Notes under the pieces: generated by a model
Seen by the model: the letters and a program-made list of their open reading frames with translations, nothing else
Database searches by the model: none
Told to the model about the DNA's origin: nothing
From: Pecten maximus
Lineage: Eukaryota
NCBI RefSeq assembly: GCF_902652985.1
Contig: NC_047023.1
Coordinates: forward strand, 11,842,001 to 11,906,000
Length of the DNA: 64,000 nucleotides
Direction: 5' to 3'
In this document: piece after piece, positions 12,653 to 25,130 of the stretch
Layout of the letters: each line of letters starts with the position of its first letter
How positions within the stretch are numbered: position 1 is the first letter of the stretch
Position numbers and translations under genes: made by a program

Positions 12653-15600
12653 ATGCCATCATTTGTACCCCATCTTTGATGCTACATCATTATATTCAGT
12701 AAATACACTGTGTTTAACATAACATCAAACATTATTCATGTTGAATAATGATATATTGTGAACTCGCAAGAGTTCATCAGTCATTCAATCGATGACCTTT
12801 TAACAATAATATTTTTTTTGTAGTCTTTGCGAGTCAACTTTTTGCAACAAACAAGCTTCAGTCTCTGAACAAGATCCAGGCTTACACAAAAATCATTTCT
12901 TAAATATAATTTAATTTATCATATGAAGACCGGCTTATTAATTTTGGGGCTAGTTTGATACCCATTTATAATTTTCCTTTTCTAGGATGCCCAGGAATTC
13001 TACGACTACATGAGGTATTTGTCTATCTATTGCTTACCTCCCCTAATTTTGGAGTTATCCCCCTTTGTATAATATATCCGGTAGACATATTTGGAAAAGG
13101 GCAAGGAATGCATATCCCCGCCCTCCCTCCCAATTTTCACACCTTTTCTGCTTTCGGTTTTCCTGTTTTATATTGCTGTCACGTTCTCCAATTCGTCAAG
13201 ACTTCGACCACGACATGCAGAGGTGCTGGCAGTATTTTTCTTGTAGACAACAGATTGCTCTGCTTTTTTTGAAAAGTCTGTATCACTTTACATCACATTA
13301 TAGTATCAGCTTTTGAGTCCGGATGAATATTCTGTTCCCAGTTTCCTCAAATTCTTTAGCTGTCTCGTGGTTGAAGTTTTTGGCCAAAATTCGTCATTTA
13401 CTTGTAAGTTTATGACCAATTAAAAGACATTAGTAGTGAAGAAATGTAATCTTTGTTTTTTGTTCAGGGTGTCTTCTATCTGATAATTATATATGGAGAA
13501 CAACAGAGAAGAAAAGCATCGGGTCAATGTCATTTTATTAAATGACGAATAACATAGCAGACATGGCAAACACAATGTCAGCCATGTTGCATAAACACAT
13601 TTACAACATAAACAATATTTTATTATATATATAGCAAAAACAAATGTGGAGCACAAAAATACGCCACAGGACTGAAATGTGGTTAATCATTTCAGTCCAG
13701 CGACTCATATGGGTTGTCAGGCGGAATGTATTTTTACAAATGTATAGAACGAGTGTAAATTGGTCCCGAGAAGACATGCAGATACTAACGATATATACAA
13801 AATATATTGCATATGGTGATTTAATAACATTGTTAATTATAGGTTCGTGTCATTAAAAAAAAAAAAAAAAAAAAAAAACTTTTGTTCTTTCTTTCTTTTT
13901 TCTCTCTTCATTTTGCAGTGTTGGGGTTTCTAATGGCGTCATCAGTTATGTTTTGTACTCCTAAAGCTAAATAGGGCAATGTTGGCTGTGTCATTATTTC
14001 TTCATGACAACATTCTAGGTAAATACTCTTTTTAAGGGGTATATCAAAAAAAAATATGTATTCAAGTACGTTAAGCATTATATGCACGGTAAGACAATAA
14101 TCCTGATTCAAAAGTCAAAATTTACGTTAAAATGACTTTTTAAAAATATATAATTAATAGCAGGGAGAAATAACAATGTCATGACCACGTGATTTTACAG
14201 TTGACTAAAATCTCTGAAATCGGAGATCACAATTTGAATCGATTATTTTATCAAGTTGTAAGTTGGAGATGATTCCAGATATGTGTTGATTACAATAACT
14301 TTCATCAAGTTGTTGTTAATCTTTCTAGATTACCCCAAGCACATCACGTGTGCTCTGTGTAACTTCGGTATATTAGGAAACAAAGCATGCATGATTTATT
14401 TTGATGCATTTAGGATAGAGGTTATTATTCCAAACGGCATAAAAACCTCCATGAATATAATCAAAATACTAACACTGAGGACTTTATCACATAAACCCAA
14501 ATATGTACCTTTGCGTACACGACCTTTTTGATAAGGTACGGCTTAGTTATTAGTTTATCACATCCCTTATTTGTGTAGTCTCCTGATAAACAGCCCCACT
14601 CCTAACCACCAATCTACTCAGTCTATTGACCTAGATGTGTTAGATCTACATTACAAAGTCGGGATTTTTTCTACCGTCAACAACATGTAACAAAGTGTCT
14701 ATTGTTTAACAAACATAATTAATACAAGCAAAATGCAATTTTAAACATAACCAATACATGTTTATTCACAACTGAAGTATAAATTTATGTCATTTTTCTC
14801 TGAGTTACATATTTTAGAATATGCATAACATTATATATACAGAAAATAAAAATGTTTTCATATTTGTTTTAATTTAAAAATGCTAATGAAAAAAATCAAC
14901 AAGAAATTTCGTATATTTCGCTACAAGAGATTCCTGTTGAATTCAAGTGAATAATTGTCCAAAACTTGCTATTTGATAGTCTGAAACTTAAAACCATTGA
15001 TTGTATATTATCCATGTCATTAAAACACACACACACAAAATCTCCATATAACAAGCTAATTGTTTAAAATTGACAGCTTGCTCATTCTAACTACTTCTCG
15101 GTTAAGGAGGGGATAATTGCAATATCCAGCGATATCATTTCAAGTTTCAAACAAAGTCAATCTGTATGTGTATATCGAAACAGCTGCATAATGCCATGGT
15201 TATTTGATATAACATTCGTAAACAACACGAACTAGTTGTGTTCTCCTTTAGCATGCATTTCGCGTAACAATTTTGCCGAAATTGAAAAGCAGTTCAGAAA
15301 ATTATATAAGAAAAGCAAGGTCCCTGATTCAACACGATGCATGCTCAGAATTGAAGATAATTCAGTGAAATTTGGCTAGAGTAGCGTTATGATATAGATG
15401 GCCTTACACTCGTAAGTTATATAAACGAGCTAGTTATCCTGTCTACCATGGGAAGGGAAAGGTCATTCTAAGCCTATGCGAAAAGACATGTTATGGATAT
15501 AACAACTTTGAAAGAAAGACGGAAATGTATACATTTTGCCACAATGCACAAAATGAAATACTTCACTCTCCTGGCGTTTTTCTTTGATTATCAATCGCTA

Positions 15601-16776
15601 TAAAGCGATCTGACTTCGACACTTTTATACTTCTACGTTCCTCAGCAGTTTGCGGTAAGAATTGCTTATATACCTTCTATCAGATATGTATTTAGATAAA
15701 AATCTAGTGTATGCTGTGTAGTTACGGCAAGACCTCAGCTTCTACCTCAGCTTCACCAGCACTTGAACGGAATCACCATAGCTTTCAATGTATAATTTCT
15801 TATTAAATCTGTTCAAACACATAATAATCATCTTTAGCTACTTTTGCAAAGCTGTCTTAACAAATTATAAATACTCATAAAAATAATCCGGCAGACCTGA
15901 AAGTACCATTAACCTCACCAAATCGTCTTCTAACGACTACGGTTACTTTTGCAAAGACATTTCAACGGTTTATACATGAATTTTATTGTTGTCGCATAGC
16001 GTTCAATATAAACAAGAAACATAAAAAACGGATAAAAACTAAATTCAAGAACAACAAAAATCTAAATATTGAAACTTTGCGGTATCAGTATATGTAAATA
16101 TAAACAAAATTCATATGATAAGTAATGATAATTCAACTGTTCTTCAATGACATCGGGCATTTATATAAAGCAGACTTCCATCATTTTAATGGCGGAAATA
16201 GAACTCGGATTAAAGAGAGGATATTAATAATGCGAAAATAGTTCCAAATGTATACAAAATGTACAAAACAGAAGATAATTCCATATGCCTTGCATTTTTT
16301 AATGTGATGTCATTTTAGCTATAAGACGGCTTGCATGAAAAATGCAGTGTACACATAACTTATGTAACGTTTTAGTACCTTTCCAAATCATTATGGTGCC
16401 ACAAAATTGATAAAGTACCTTTGACATTTTAGACATTTAGAAATGGATTTTATACCTTTACTTACAGTTGTCGAGATTCCCTTAGCAGCCGAAACAGCAA
16501 TTAATTAATATATTGCAGTAAAATCATTTTTTCCATCATAAATAGAGTTTCATACTTTGTATGGTTACTTATATGCATGAAATTACGTTTATTTTCACAT
16601 AAAACAGCCAAACCTTTTCTTCCGTTCTATTATTACAAATCCAATACATTACTAAACTAAATTCGTTCAAAAAAGTGAATGTTTCTACGATAATGAGGAC
16701 TTCAATGAAAAATACCAGTACCAATACAGCGAAATGTTGATTACCATGTAGTTATGTCATGGCCAAATAAAACAGG

Positions 16777-17868
16777 TTAATCTTTGTCCAATACTTTGAG
16801 GCCAGCCATCGCCGCGAATCCAAGAAGTGTTAGAAAAACTTTCAACAAACTGTAACCGTTTGATAATTCTTTTTGCAGAATTTCAAAGAATGTTACGTAA
16901 ACAAAGGTTCCAGCGGCCAGACTTTGTAGGACCCCGGAACTGATATCCTGTGCGGAACCTGTCGAACCTGAATTGGATATAGCGATGCCAATCGCGATTC
17001 CTATCGGTGACACTGAAGCCAGGTAAAGGACATATATAATGATCTGAATGTTACTGTCGATAATTTCTTTCATCTTCATGCAAACACTGAACACAACTAT
17101 GATCTTGTGGATAGAAATGGCTATCGTGAGTGTCCATATACCAACCTCGGTGTCCTGAAGACCTATCGCCATGCCTTCGAATATCATATGTATCGAAAGG
17201 GCGATTACAAGAATAATCGTTCGGATTCGTTTTGTAGTTTTAGAACGACCATCACCAGAAATGTCCAAAGTTTCCGAATTGTTTTTTGTGCTGTCAATAG
17301 CGGGGGAATCTGTCTGTGATGTTTCATGTGTTTCATCCTTACTGAAGGCAGTTTCTCCTATTGTTTGGGAAGCTTCTGAACATATTTCTTCACTTTTTGT
17401 TTCATCTGACGCAAAAACTGTATTGATTTTACCATTGACTCTGTAATCTTTGGGGGCTTCAACATCTGTTTTGGATATCTTTTCACGCAAGACATTATCC
17501 TTATCACCGTGATCGTGTCCATGGTCAAGAAAAGGACTATCGTTGCCTTTACTGGCCAGTCCTATGATGTGTTCTAATCCTAACACGATAAAAAATCCAG
17601 CACCAATCAGCACCCCTGATAACGGATATTCTACTTCCGGTAAAGCTTCAGCAACCGTCTCCATTGATTCCTGAATAAGATGGAGGATGGAAGTGCCAAG
17701 AAAAACGCCTCCCGCAAAACAATTCATCAAACCAACGAAATATTGAAGCCTGGAAAGATTTTTCATTTTGTTCGACATCACCTTTAAAAGCCATAGCGGA
17801 GTTATTCCAAAAGTGAATGTTAACCCTAACAAAAGGAACATTGTTCCTATCTTAGCCATAGAAATCAT
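16777..17868 (-). CDS. ZIP/SLC39 subfamily II metal transporter (ZIP1/2/3-like), copy 1, most divergent
   Basis: 363 aa. TM2 NCFAGGVFLGT, loop HGHDHG, TM4 ALSIHMIFEGMAIG, TM5 ISIHK, TM7 LQSLAAGTFVYVTFFEIL. TATATATA lies ~100 bp upstream. The start could be the second Met (MAKIG). Confidence 0.95.
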   Translation of the reverse strand: MISMAKIGTMFLLLGLTFTFGITPLWLLKVMSNKMKNLSRLQYFVGLMNCFAGGVFLGTSILHLIQESMETVAEALPEVEYPLSGVLIGAGFFIVLGLEHIIGLASKGNDSPFLDHGHDHGDKDNVLREKISKTDVEAPKDYRVNGKINTVFASDETKSEEICSEASQTIGETAFSKDETHETSQTDSPAIDSTKNNSETLDISGDGRSKTTKRIRTIILVIALSIHMIFEGMAIGLQDTEVGIWTLTIAISIHKIIVVFSVCMKMKEIIDSNIQIIIYVLYLASVSPIGIAIGIAISNSGSTGSAQDISSGVLQSLAAGTFVYVTFFEILQKELSNGYSLLKVFLTLLGFAAMAGLKVLDKD

Positions 17869-20800
17869 GGCGAATCCTTGTATTCTCTGTCTGGTGCTGT
17901 GTTGGACTGTTAAAGGTGAAATGACACAGAGGGCATCTGTAGTTGGGGATGTATTCGGTTAGACAACTGGACGCGGTATATATACTATTGTAGCATACAC
18001 ATCAGGTCGCATGCGTCCATCGTTAAGCAGTAGGCGGATTTACACGGTACTGTAACTGACGCTATTGAGCTTATATAACAACACTTAGTATGTAGTTGAT
18101 GACTTCCATATCTTGCGACGTTGTTTGAGTTGTCGTTATCTAACACTTTGAAGTAGAATTACTTTACGGCATTCAAATTTTGTGACTTTAGATTGTGTTT
18201 GTCTTGTACACGTGCCAGTCACATGAATGCTTCTTAAAACAACGTGTATATGTAATTGTAGCTCACAAATCTATATATTGAGGTATGTGCCCTTCGTGAT
18301 CATTATATGTTTTCTGATCATTTATAATAACTTGATTAACTTTTCAGCAGACAAGTTCTTTAATTTCAATTGCGAAATGGCCTCATATTCATTTCATGTT
18401 TCAGATGATTCCATGCAAGAGGTTGTCTTGCCAGCATTCGGCAAGTCTCGAGTTGAGATATCCCTACCAACGGAATAGATCCTTATGAGATTTTGTAATT
18501 TTCAAAGCAACCACATGATGATTCCAATTTTGCTAAGGGTAGTATCCCCATTTCTCGCATTCCTCGCAGGATATGGGATAAAATTGACAGGGAAAGACAG
18601 CTGGCACGCGCTATGACGTCACGTACAATAACTTAACGTCATCTTTTTAGGTAGCGTAACCACGTCGCAAATTGATAACGTCAACATTTCCATGATGGTG
18701 CGGTGAGAATGATTGACAACACCTAAAGATATGTTACTTTCTAAGTATAGTACACGAGAAAAAATAATCATGCATGGGCCTAGCTTTGTGCTTCCCAGTC
18801 AAACTCTTTAACCGTGGCTGAGATATCACTGTCCACGGAACAGGTCCATTATATAAGTCTTATCCTCATGGGGAGATAAGTCTTATCCTCATGGGGAGAA
18901 TTTTTGTTTTTTCTCTCTGCTTATCCTCTTATATTTGCATTCCTGGTGTATGTTCGTTATATAGCCTTACTAATGTAAACATCGTTTGATAAATGTGTAT
19001 ATAAACATCAAACTTGACGAGAAGGAATACATATCACGCCAACCAGGACGGTGCACAAATACGCAATTATTGTCAATGCGATATGACTTTTTTCGTTTCT
19101 GTTTTGACTTTTTTCCCAGCAAAATAAAAAATCGAATAGGGTAGAATAAACTAAAAATACCGATGAAAAATAAAGTATTTTGAATATCCTACATGAATCG
19201 ATATATTTTTGTGGAACTGTATTTTAATTATTCTTGTTATTGAAGATCTTTCCCGCCAAATTGGAATCACCTGTTTCGCAATTTAAATAGTTGTCCGGTT
19301 GTTACTTTTATTACAATATACCGATTTATTTTTTATAAAATTGAATAAAAGAAAACGTTAAAATGTAAATTGAAGGAGTAATTTCTATTTTTCATCGTTT
19401 ACTGATGTTTAAAATGCATTTAATTTATAGATTTATATTTAACAGCACTAGCATGCGTCATTTAACTTATCTGTTAAGAAAGTACTAAACACACCACTAA
19501 ACGATAACAAAACAACAATTATTCCAATGTATTTATGTTCTACATTAATTTTATTCCTTCGTATGCATGACCAAGATAATAATAATCAACATGAGATGAA
19601 CAATTAGCCTGCATTATATTTCTTGGAATTTCATATTCTTCAACTAAACTTCATTATAACCGAACTGATGATGCCATGCCAGATAGTTAGTCATCAGATT
19701 TTCTTGCGAAGTTTCGATTAAAATATTAATACATCATACGGTTCCTATCTCTCTTTTTCTTTTACGACATGCCGTAAGTCGGCGCAGTCTTTAAAAGTTC
19801 GTTTATTCAAAAAACGAGATCAAGTTAGTATTTTACGCGCTGAAAATATTTAACACTTTAAAAATAAAAAAATAACTCATTGAAACTCAACGCGTCAGCA
19901 TTTCTCGTTCACAATCCTAAGTAAACATAAAACCAGCTAAATGGCAGGTAAAATTTAACGTGCTAAATTAGAAATTGTCGTGATATTAAACTTGTTTTGG
20001 GAGAGTATAATACCACGTCAAGACACTATATCATTTGTAGTAGGCTAGATGATGCAGCAGACGACATCCCAACGGCATACAACTTTATGAATGAACATTA
20101 CGGTAATAGTAACAGTAAACTAATTGTAATATTATATAGATAGGACTGCTGTTGGAAGATCTTAGACTCTAAGGATATTACATGTATATCCGGAGGAAGC
20201 TGAACAGTCTATTGAAACATGTACGAAAACTGTCAGAAGTGACTTCCTCGTTTATGGCGAAGTGACATGGCAACGCATTCGCCCTTTCAAAAATAATTAA
20301 GGTAATATTTTACATGGTATTATTGACAACTAATCTCAGCTCCCTGACTCCCTAACCCATCACCAGAATTCCCTTTGTTATGATCTAACACATTAACATG
20401 GCTTACACATTATACAGGTAGTTGTCCAGTTCCTACTTGTATTACCTTTAGCCCTGCATTTGTACAGGTAGCTGATCTCCCCTTGACCTAGTTTGAAACT
20501 TTATCAAATTACATCAAAAGTATCGCTTATAACGTAATCTCTACATCATAGATAATAGCCTATATGTAAAATTCTAATCTGGTGTTAAATTGAAAGAATC
20601 TTGATACTGATAACAGTTAGTCCTCAGTTACATTTTACTGAAACTTGCATTAAAAACTGGTTCAACATGCCCATATAGGGATTATACTAAACTATGTCCC
20701 CAAATGAAATGATATTAAGCTTTTAAATAGTATTACGGATTTTAAATCTATTTTCAGTTTGTACCTCTCAAACTCACATTGCTGCATCCACAAGAACCAC

Positions 20801-23612
20801 AATCATTCTGAGAACTGAAAAGCACCATGGAAAAGCAATGGATACAATTGCAATACCATGTGCCATTTTAGATCTAAATATATCACTGCAGGACAGGTGA
20901 TAGCTTCATGAAGAAACAAGTGACCTATTTTGACAACCAGGAAGCTATTACGCTTGTCTCCAAATATTTTGTGGTCTTGACTGAAATTCATCATAAAAGA
21001 GTCATTTATGAAACAGTGAATATTTAACTGTTTAGATTGATGCCAAATGGACATATTAAGTTACAAAGTCTGGAAATCATTTGGCATTTAATATAATTGA
21101 CTTTGGAATATCTGAACATGTACCCTGTCTGTAATGACATATCAGGGGCCGGGGAGGACTTAACATAAATTATGTTGTCTTTCTTAAACTAAATTATCCC
21201 CCCTTATCTCCCCTTTATACATCATAACCACGTTGAGAGCTTCTCTTCGTAAACATCGCTGAGATTCAACAGCATTTGCCGCACTGATGTAACAACGCTG
21301 CTGATTCGCTGACAATATTGAAGGTCAGCGATAGTGGGAGACTGATTGGATCGACGGCAGTGACGACTACAGATATATGACGTGCATAAAAAAAACTGTC
21401 ACAGTCAGCACTGAGAGGCCTACCGTCCTGAATGGTAGCCTTGTATATCATAGGGAAAACTCGGATCATAAGTTTTATACTTGTGTATAATCTTTTTTGT
21501 GTTTTAATAAATAAAGTACGTTTAAATCAAATATTCTTAAGCTGATCGCAGTAACGTCCCTGCCGTCAATCATACGTTGCAGAAATAGCATGGCAGCATT
21601 GATAAGTATCAAGTAGGAGATTATGATGCTTGGAAAATGTTTTATAGTAAGAGTCCAGTGCCGGATATATGATGTGCCCGGGAGCCTTCAGGCTTGGTTG
21701 CATCTTCAGTAATATGTGTATGGTTGCTTGTATTAAAAAAAATGACTACTTAGTCAATCAGTTTACTATTCTATATTACCTTTGTGTCGCTTACGTAAAA
21801 CTTATGATAAATTAATAATTTAATATCAATAATGCACCTTAGTCGACACTGTAGTATCATTTTGTCCTTGGAAGAACCTTCACAGGTAGCTCGTTCAGGG
21901 TATGCTGGCACCGTCACAGTGCACCTTCCGAGGACTTGCGCCGTGTTAAGGATTGCGTATTTCTAGTGGAAAAACTTATTAAATTAGGCAGTGAGTGTCA
22001 ATAATGCTGGTTTTCATTTGTCTGTTCTGTGCTGTTAAACAGCTGGGGACAAGAGATCCACAGTTTATGTTTCAAGTCTAAGAGGCTGGGCTGCAACAAT
22101 GATAAATTAATTTTGATTTTATTTTAATCATGATATTATTGAAAACTCAATAGTTGATGACTTTTGACAGTTTAGTTTATTTAATGTTTAATCGGTATTT
22201 AATGAGATCCTAACATCTAAGACAATCGAAAATAAAAATAATCAAAACAGTTTTTTATAACAATTAATTAAATTTCTTTTTTTTTTCCAGTGCTATTCAA
22301 TATACAATCTTAGCAACTGTGTGGGATATCTGGATGGAAGGGTTAAAGACCAAACTTTCCTGTTGTTTGATAAACAATTTAGTGAATAAACAGTGAATAA
22401 TAAACAATTAAGTGAATAAACAGTATTTTAGAAAATGTGTGTTTGTGGGTAAAAATGATCAAAATGACATGATTTTCAAATGGACACCGCAAAAAATAAA
22501 AACACAAACATACTAGAAATACATTTGATACAGGATGGTTTTTTTTTTTGTTTTTTTGTTTTTTGTTTTTTTTTTTTGTTTATTTATTTTACTTCTCAGT
22601 AGTTTACTCGTTGAAATCGGTGGTAGATTAACGTAGGGTATACCATCAGTATATCATTATATGTATGAATGCATCTTACGAAACTCACACATCTAGCATT
22701 TCAGGCATGAGGTAAGACTAATGTATCACATCAATATTAATACATTTTTAACGTAATCCATCATCGCGTGGCGGAGAGGGCACTTTGTCAAGATTTTCGT
22801 TTTCTTCTCCAAGGTATAGCCTTTAGATTTTACCCAAATCGTTATCATTTCTTTTGTTATATTATATGAATAAACCAGACCATTGTTACATGTATAGTAA
22901 TGGTACGAGGTAATCTGTCAGATAAAAGAAAGCTAATTTCTATTATCAAAAAAAAAGTTCTCTAAAAAAAGAGAAAATACACAAGTATCAATTAGCTGAT
23001 CATCAATATAATTATTGAGTGATAGTCAAACAACTACTCTTGTATTAACTTCACTGGTACAAATCCAGATTGTAGACGTGCAGACTGAAATTTGCCAGAT
23101 AGTTTGAATTTTTGTAATAATTTAGTAAAAAGCGTCTGGTATATCTGATACATTCCTGAGCTTTCTCTTATATCGTCATATTCATATTAGCATTATGTGT
23201 AAGAAAGCCATGTAAAAATGTGAAGTAATTGGATATTATCATTTAGTGCAGAAATAGATTCATGAAGGAGTCGTCTTAAGTGGACATAGCACAATCTTAA
23301 AGAGTTTCTCTTAGCATGATAGCGAGAAAATTAACATCCATTTCTTCTGTTGTATTTCCTACTGGCTACATGTTTTACCTGTTTCGAAACTGGTCACTAC
23401 ATCAAAAAATCTCTATGTGTTTAACAAGAACATGAGACAGGGACATTTGACGTAATGATAGCTTTCCTCGTCCATTCTTTCCGTCAGCCTGGGCAATAAG
23501 GTGCAAAATATTATCAATACCAATTAGTACATTCAGTATTTTGATTAATATCCAAAACTGTTAGCTGCATTAATATTGTATCAACAGTGTTCTAATGAGC
23601 AAATTTTGAATG

Positions 23613-24710
23613 CTAGTCAGCATCCAGTACTTTCAGGGCAGCCATAGCCGCGAACCCCAGAAGGGTTAAAAACACTTTTAGCAGACTGTATCCATTCGAC
23701 AGCTCCTTCTGGAGAATTTCGAAAAATGTTACATAAAGGAAAGTTCCGGCTGCCAGGCTCTGTAATATCCCAGAACTTGTGTTCTGCGCAGATTCATTTC
23801 CAGAACCTGTACTTGTTACTGCAATTCCTATTGCTATCCCTATGGGAGACACTAACGACAGATACAGGATATATAGGATAATCCGGAGATTTCCTTCCAC
23901 AATCTCCTTCATTTTCAATGTAACACTAAACACAATGACAGCCTTGTGAATCGATATGGCGGCCACCAATGTCCATGTATTCGAGACAGTGTCCTGTAAC
24001 CCTATAGCCATTCCCTCGAATATCATGTGTATAGACAAAGCGATCACGAGAATTACGACTCGGATCCGTCTTGTTGTTTTAGAGCGTCCATCACCAGAAG
24101 TATCTATGATTGTTGATTTTCCCTCTTTTATTGCAACAGACACTGTCGGTGTTGATGCATGCGGCATGTCAACGTTAGAGAATGTCGTCTCTCCAGTAGT
24201 TTGGTGACCTAACGGGCTGATACCAGCCTGGTTATCTCCGTTCTGTGTTGCAGATGTTAAAGGAGGGGTGGTATTAGCGAATGTAGACCCTTCTTGTGGG
24301 ACCACTCTCGATTCCCGAGTCTGATATTCTTTATTGTGACTCTTCAGTCCGTGGTCGTGTCCATGGTCTAAAAAGGGACTGTCCTCATCTTTACTGAAGA
24401 GTCCTATTGCGTGTTCTATTCCTAGAACGATGAAAAATCCCGTACCGATGAGTACTCCTGACAACGGAAATTCTAGTTCTGGTAAAGCTTCAGCAACTGT
24501 CTCCATTGACTCCTGAATAAGATGAAGGATGGCCGTTCCAAGAAAGACACCCCCTGCGAAGCAGTTCGTCATACTCACTAAATACTGGAGCCGGGATATA
24601 TTCTCCATTTTGTTTGATAACAACTTTAGAAGCCATATTGGTGAAACACCAAAGAAAAATGTTATCCCAAATACTACGAATATAGCCACGACTTTGGCTG
24701 TCTCAACCAT
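23613..24710 (-). CDS. ZIP/SLC39 subfamily II metal transporter, copy 2
   Basis: 365 aa with the same ZIP motifs. Start context GCAACCATGG. Confidence 0.95.
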   Translation of the reverse strand: MVETAKVVAIFVVFGITFFFGVSPIWLLKLLSNKMENISRLQYLVSMTNCFAGGVFLGTAILHLIQESMETVAEALPELEFPLSGVLIGTGFFIVLGIEHAIGLFSKDEDSPFLDHGHDHGLKSHNKEYQTRESRVVPQEGSTFANTTPPLTSATQNGDNQAGISPLGHQTTGETTFSNVDMPHASTPTVSVAIKEGKSTIIDTSGDGRSKTTRRIRVVILVIALSIHMIFEGMAIGLQDTVSNTWTLVAAISIHKAVIVFSVTLKMKEIVEGNLRIILYILYLSLVSPIGIAIGIAVTSTGSGNESAQNTSSGILQSLAAGTFLYVTFFEILQKELSNGYSLLKVFLTLLGFAAMAALKVLDAD

Positions 24711-24829
24711 GGTTGCGTTGTATCAGCTAACAACAGTGCTTCAATGTCTATAATGTCCTGATTGGTTTGTGATTTGATAAGTGATATATCTGAGTATCGT
24801 GAGTGAGTTAGACTTGATGTTGTTTCGAT

Positions 24830-25130
24830 CAGTAAACTTAATATCTGTCGGTGTAATCCATTGGTTGGTCATCGCGATACCCCGGTATGCGGAAGGTCAC
24901 GATCGCGCTGTCGCTCTGTCGATAGCGTATGGTGTCTCAATGTGAAGCGACCGCCCACTTTTGGACTTTACCTATGATCAGGGGTGTCAAATATATGTAT
25001 GATAACGTACACCGGCATTGATAACACATGAAAAGTACATGTACGAGTGTGAATAGCATCAATTTATAATACAGTATTTGTACTAGTGGTAAAACTATGA
25101 TAGCGGAGTTGAAACGAAATGAAGATATAA
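24830..25130 (-). promoter_or_regulatory. Conserved ZIP upstream module (putative promoter/enhancer)
   Basis: GGACTTTACCTATGATC, CGGCATTGATAAC and GGAGTTGAAAC blocks recur upstream of copies 2-7 and in two CDS-less copies. Confidence 0.45.

Noticed and set aside
12985-13013. AG|GATGCCCAGGAATTCTACGACTACATGAG|GT micro-exon-like segment (DAQEFYDYM, USP-like)
   Set aside because: Only 29 nt long with no supporting neighbouring exons identified. Chance cannot be excluded without RNA-seq.
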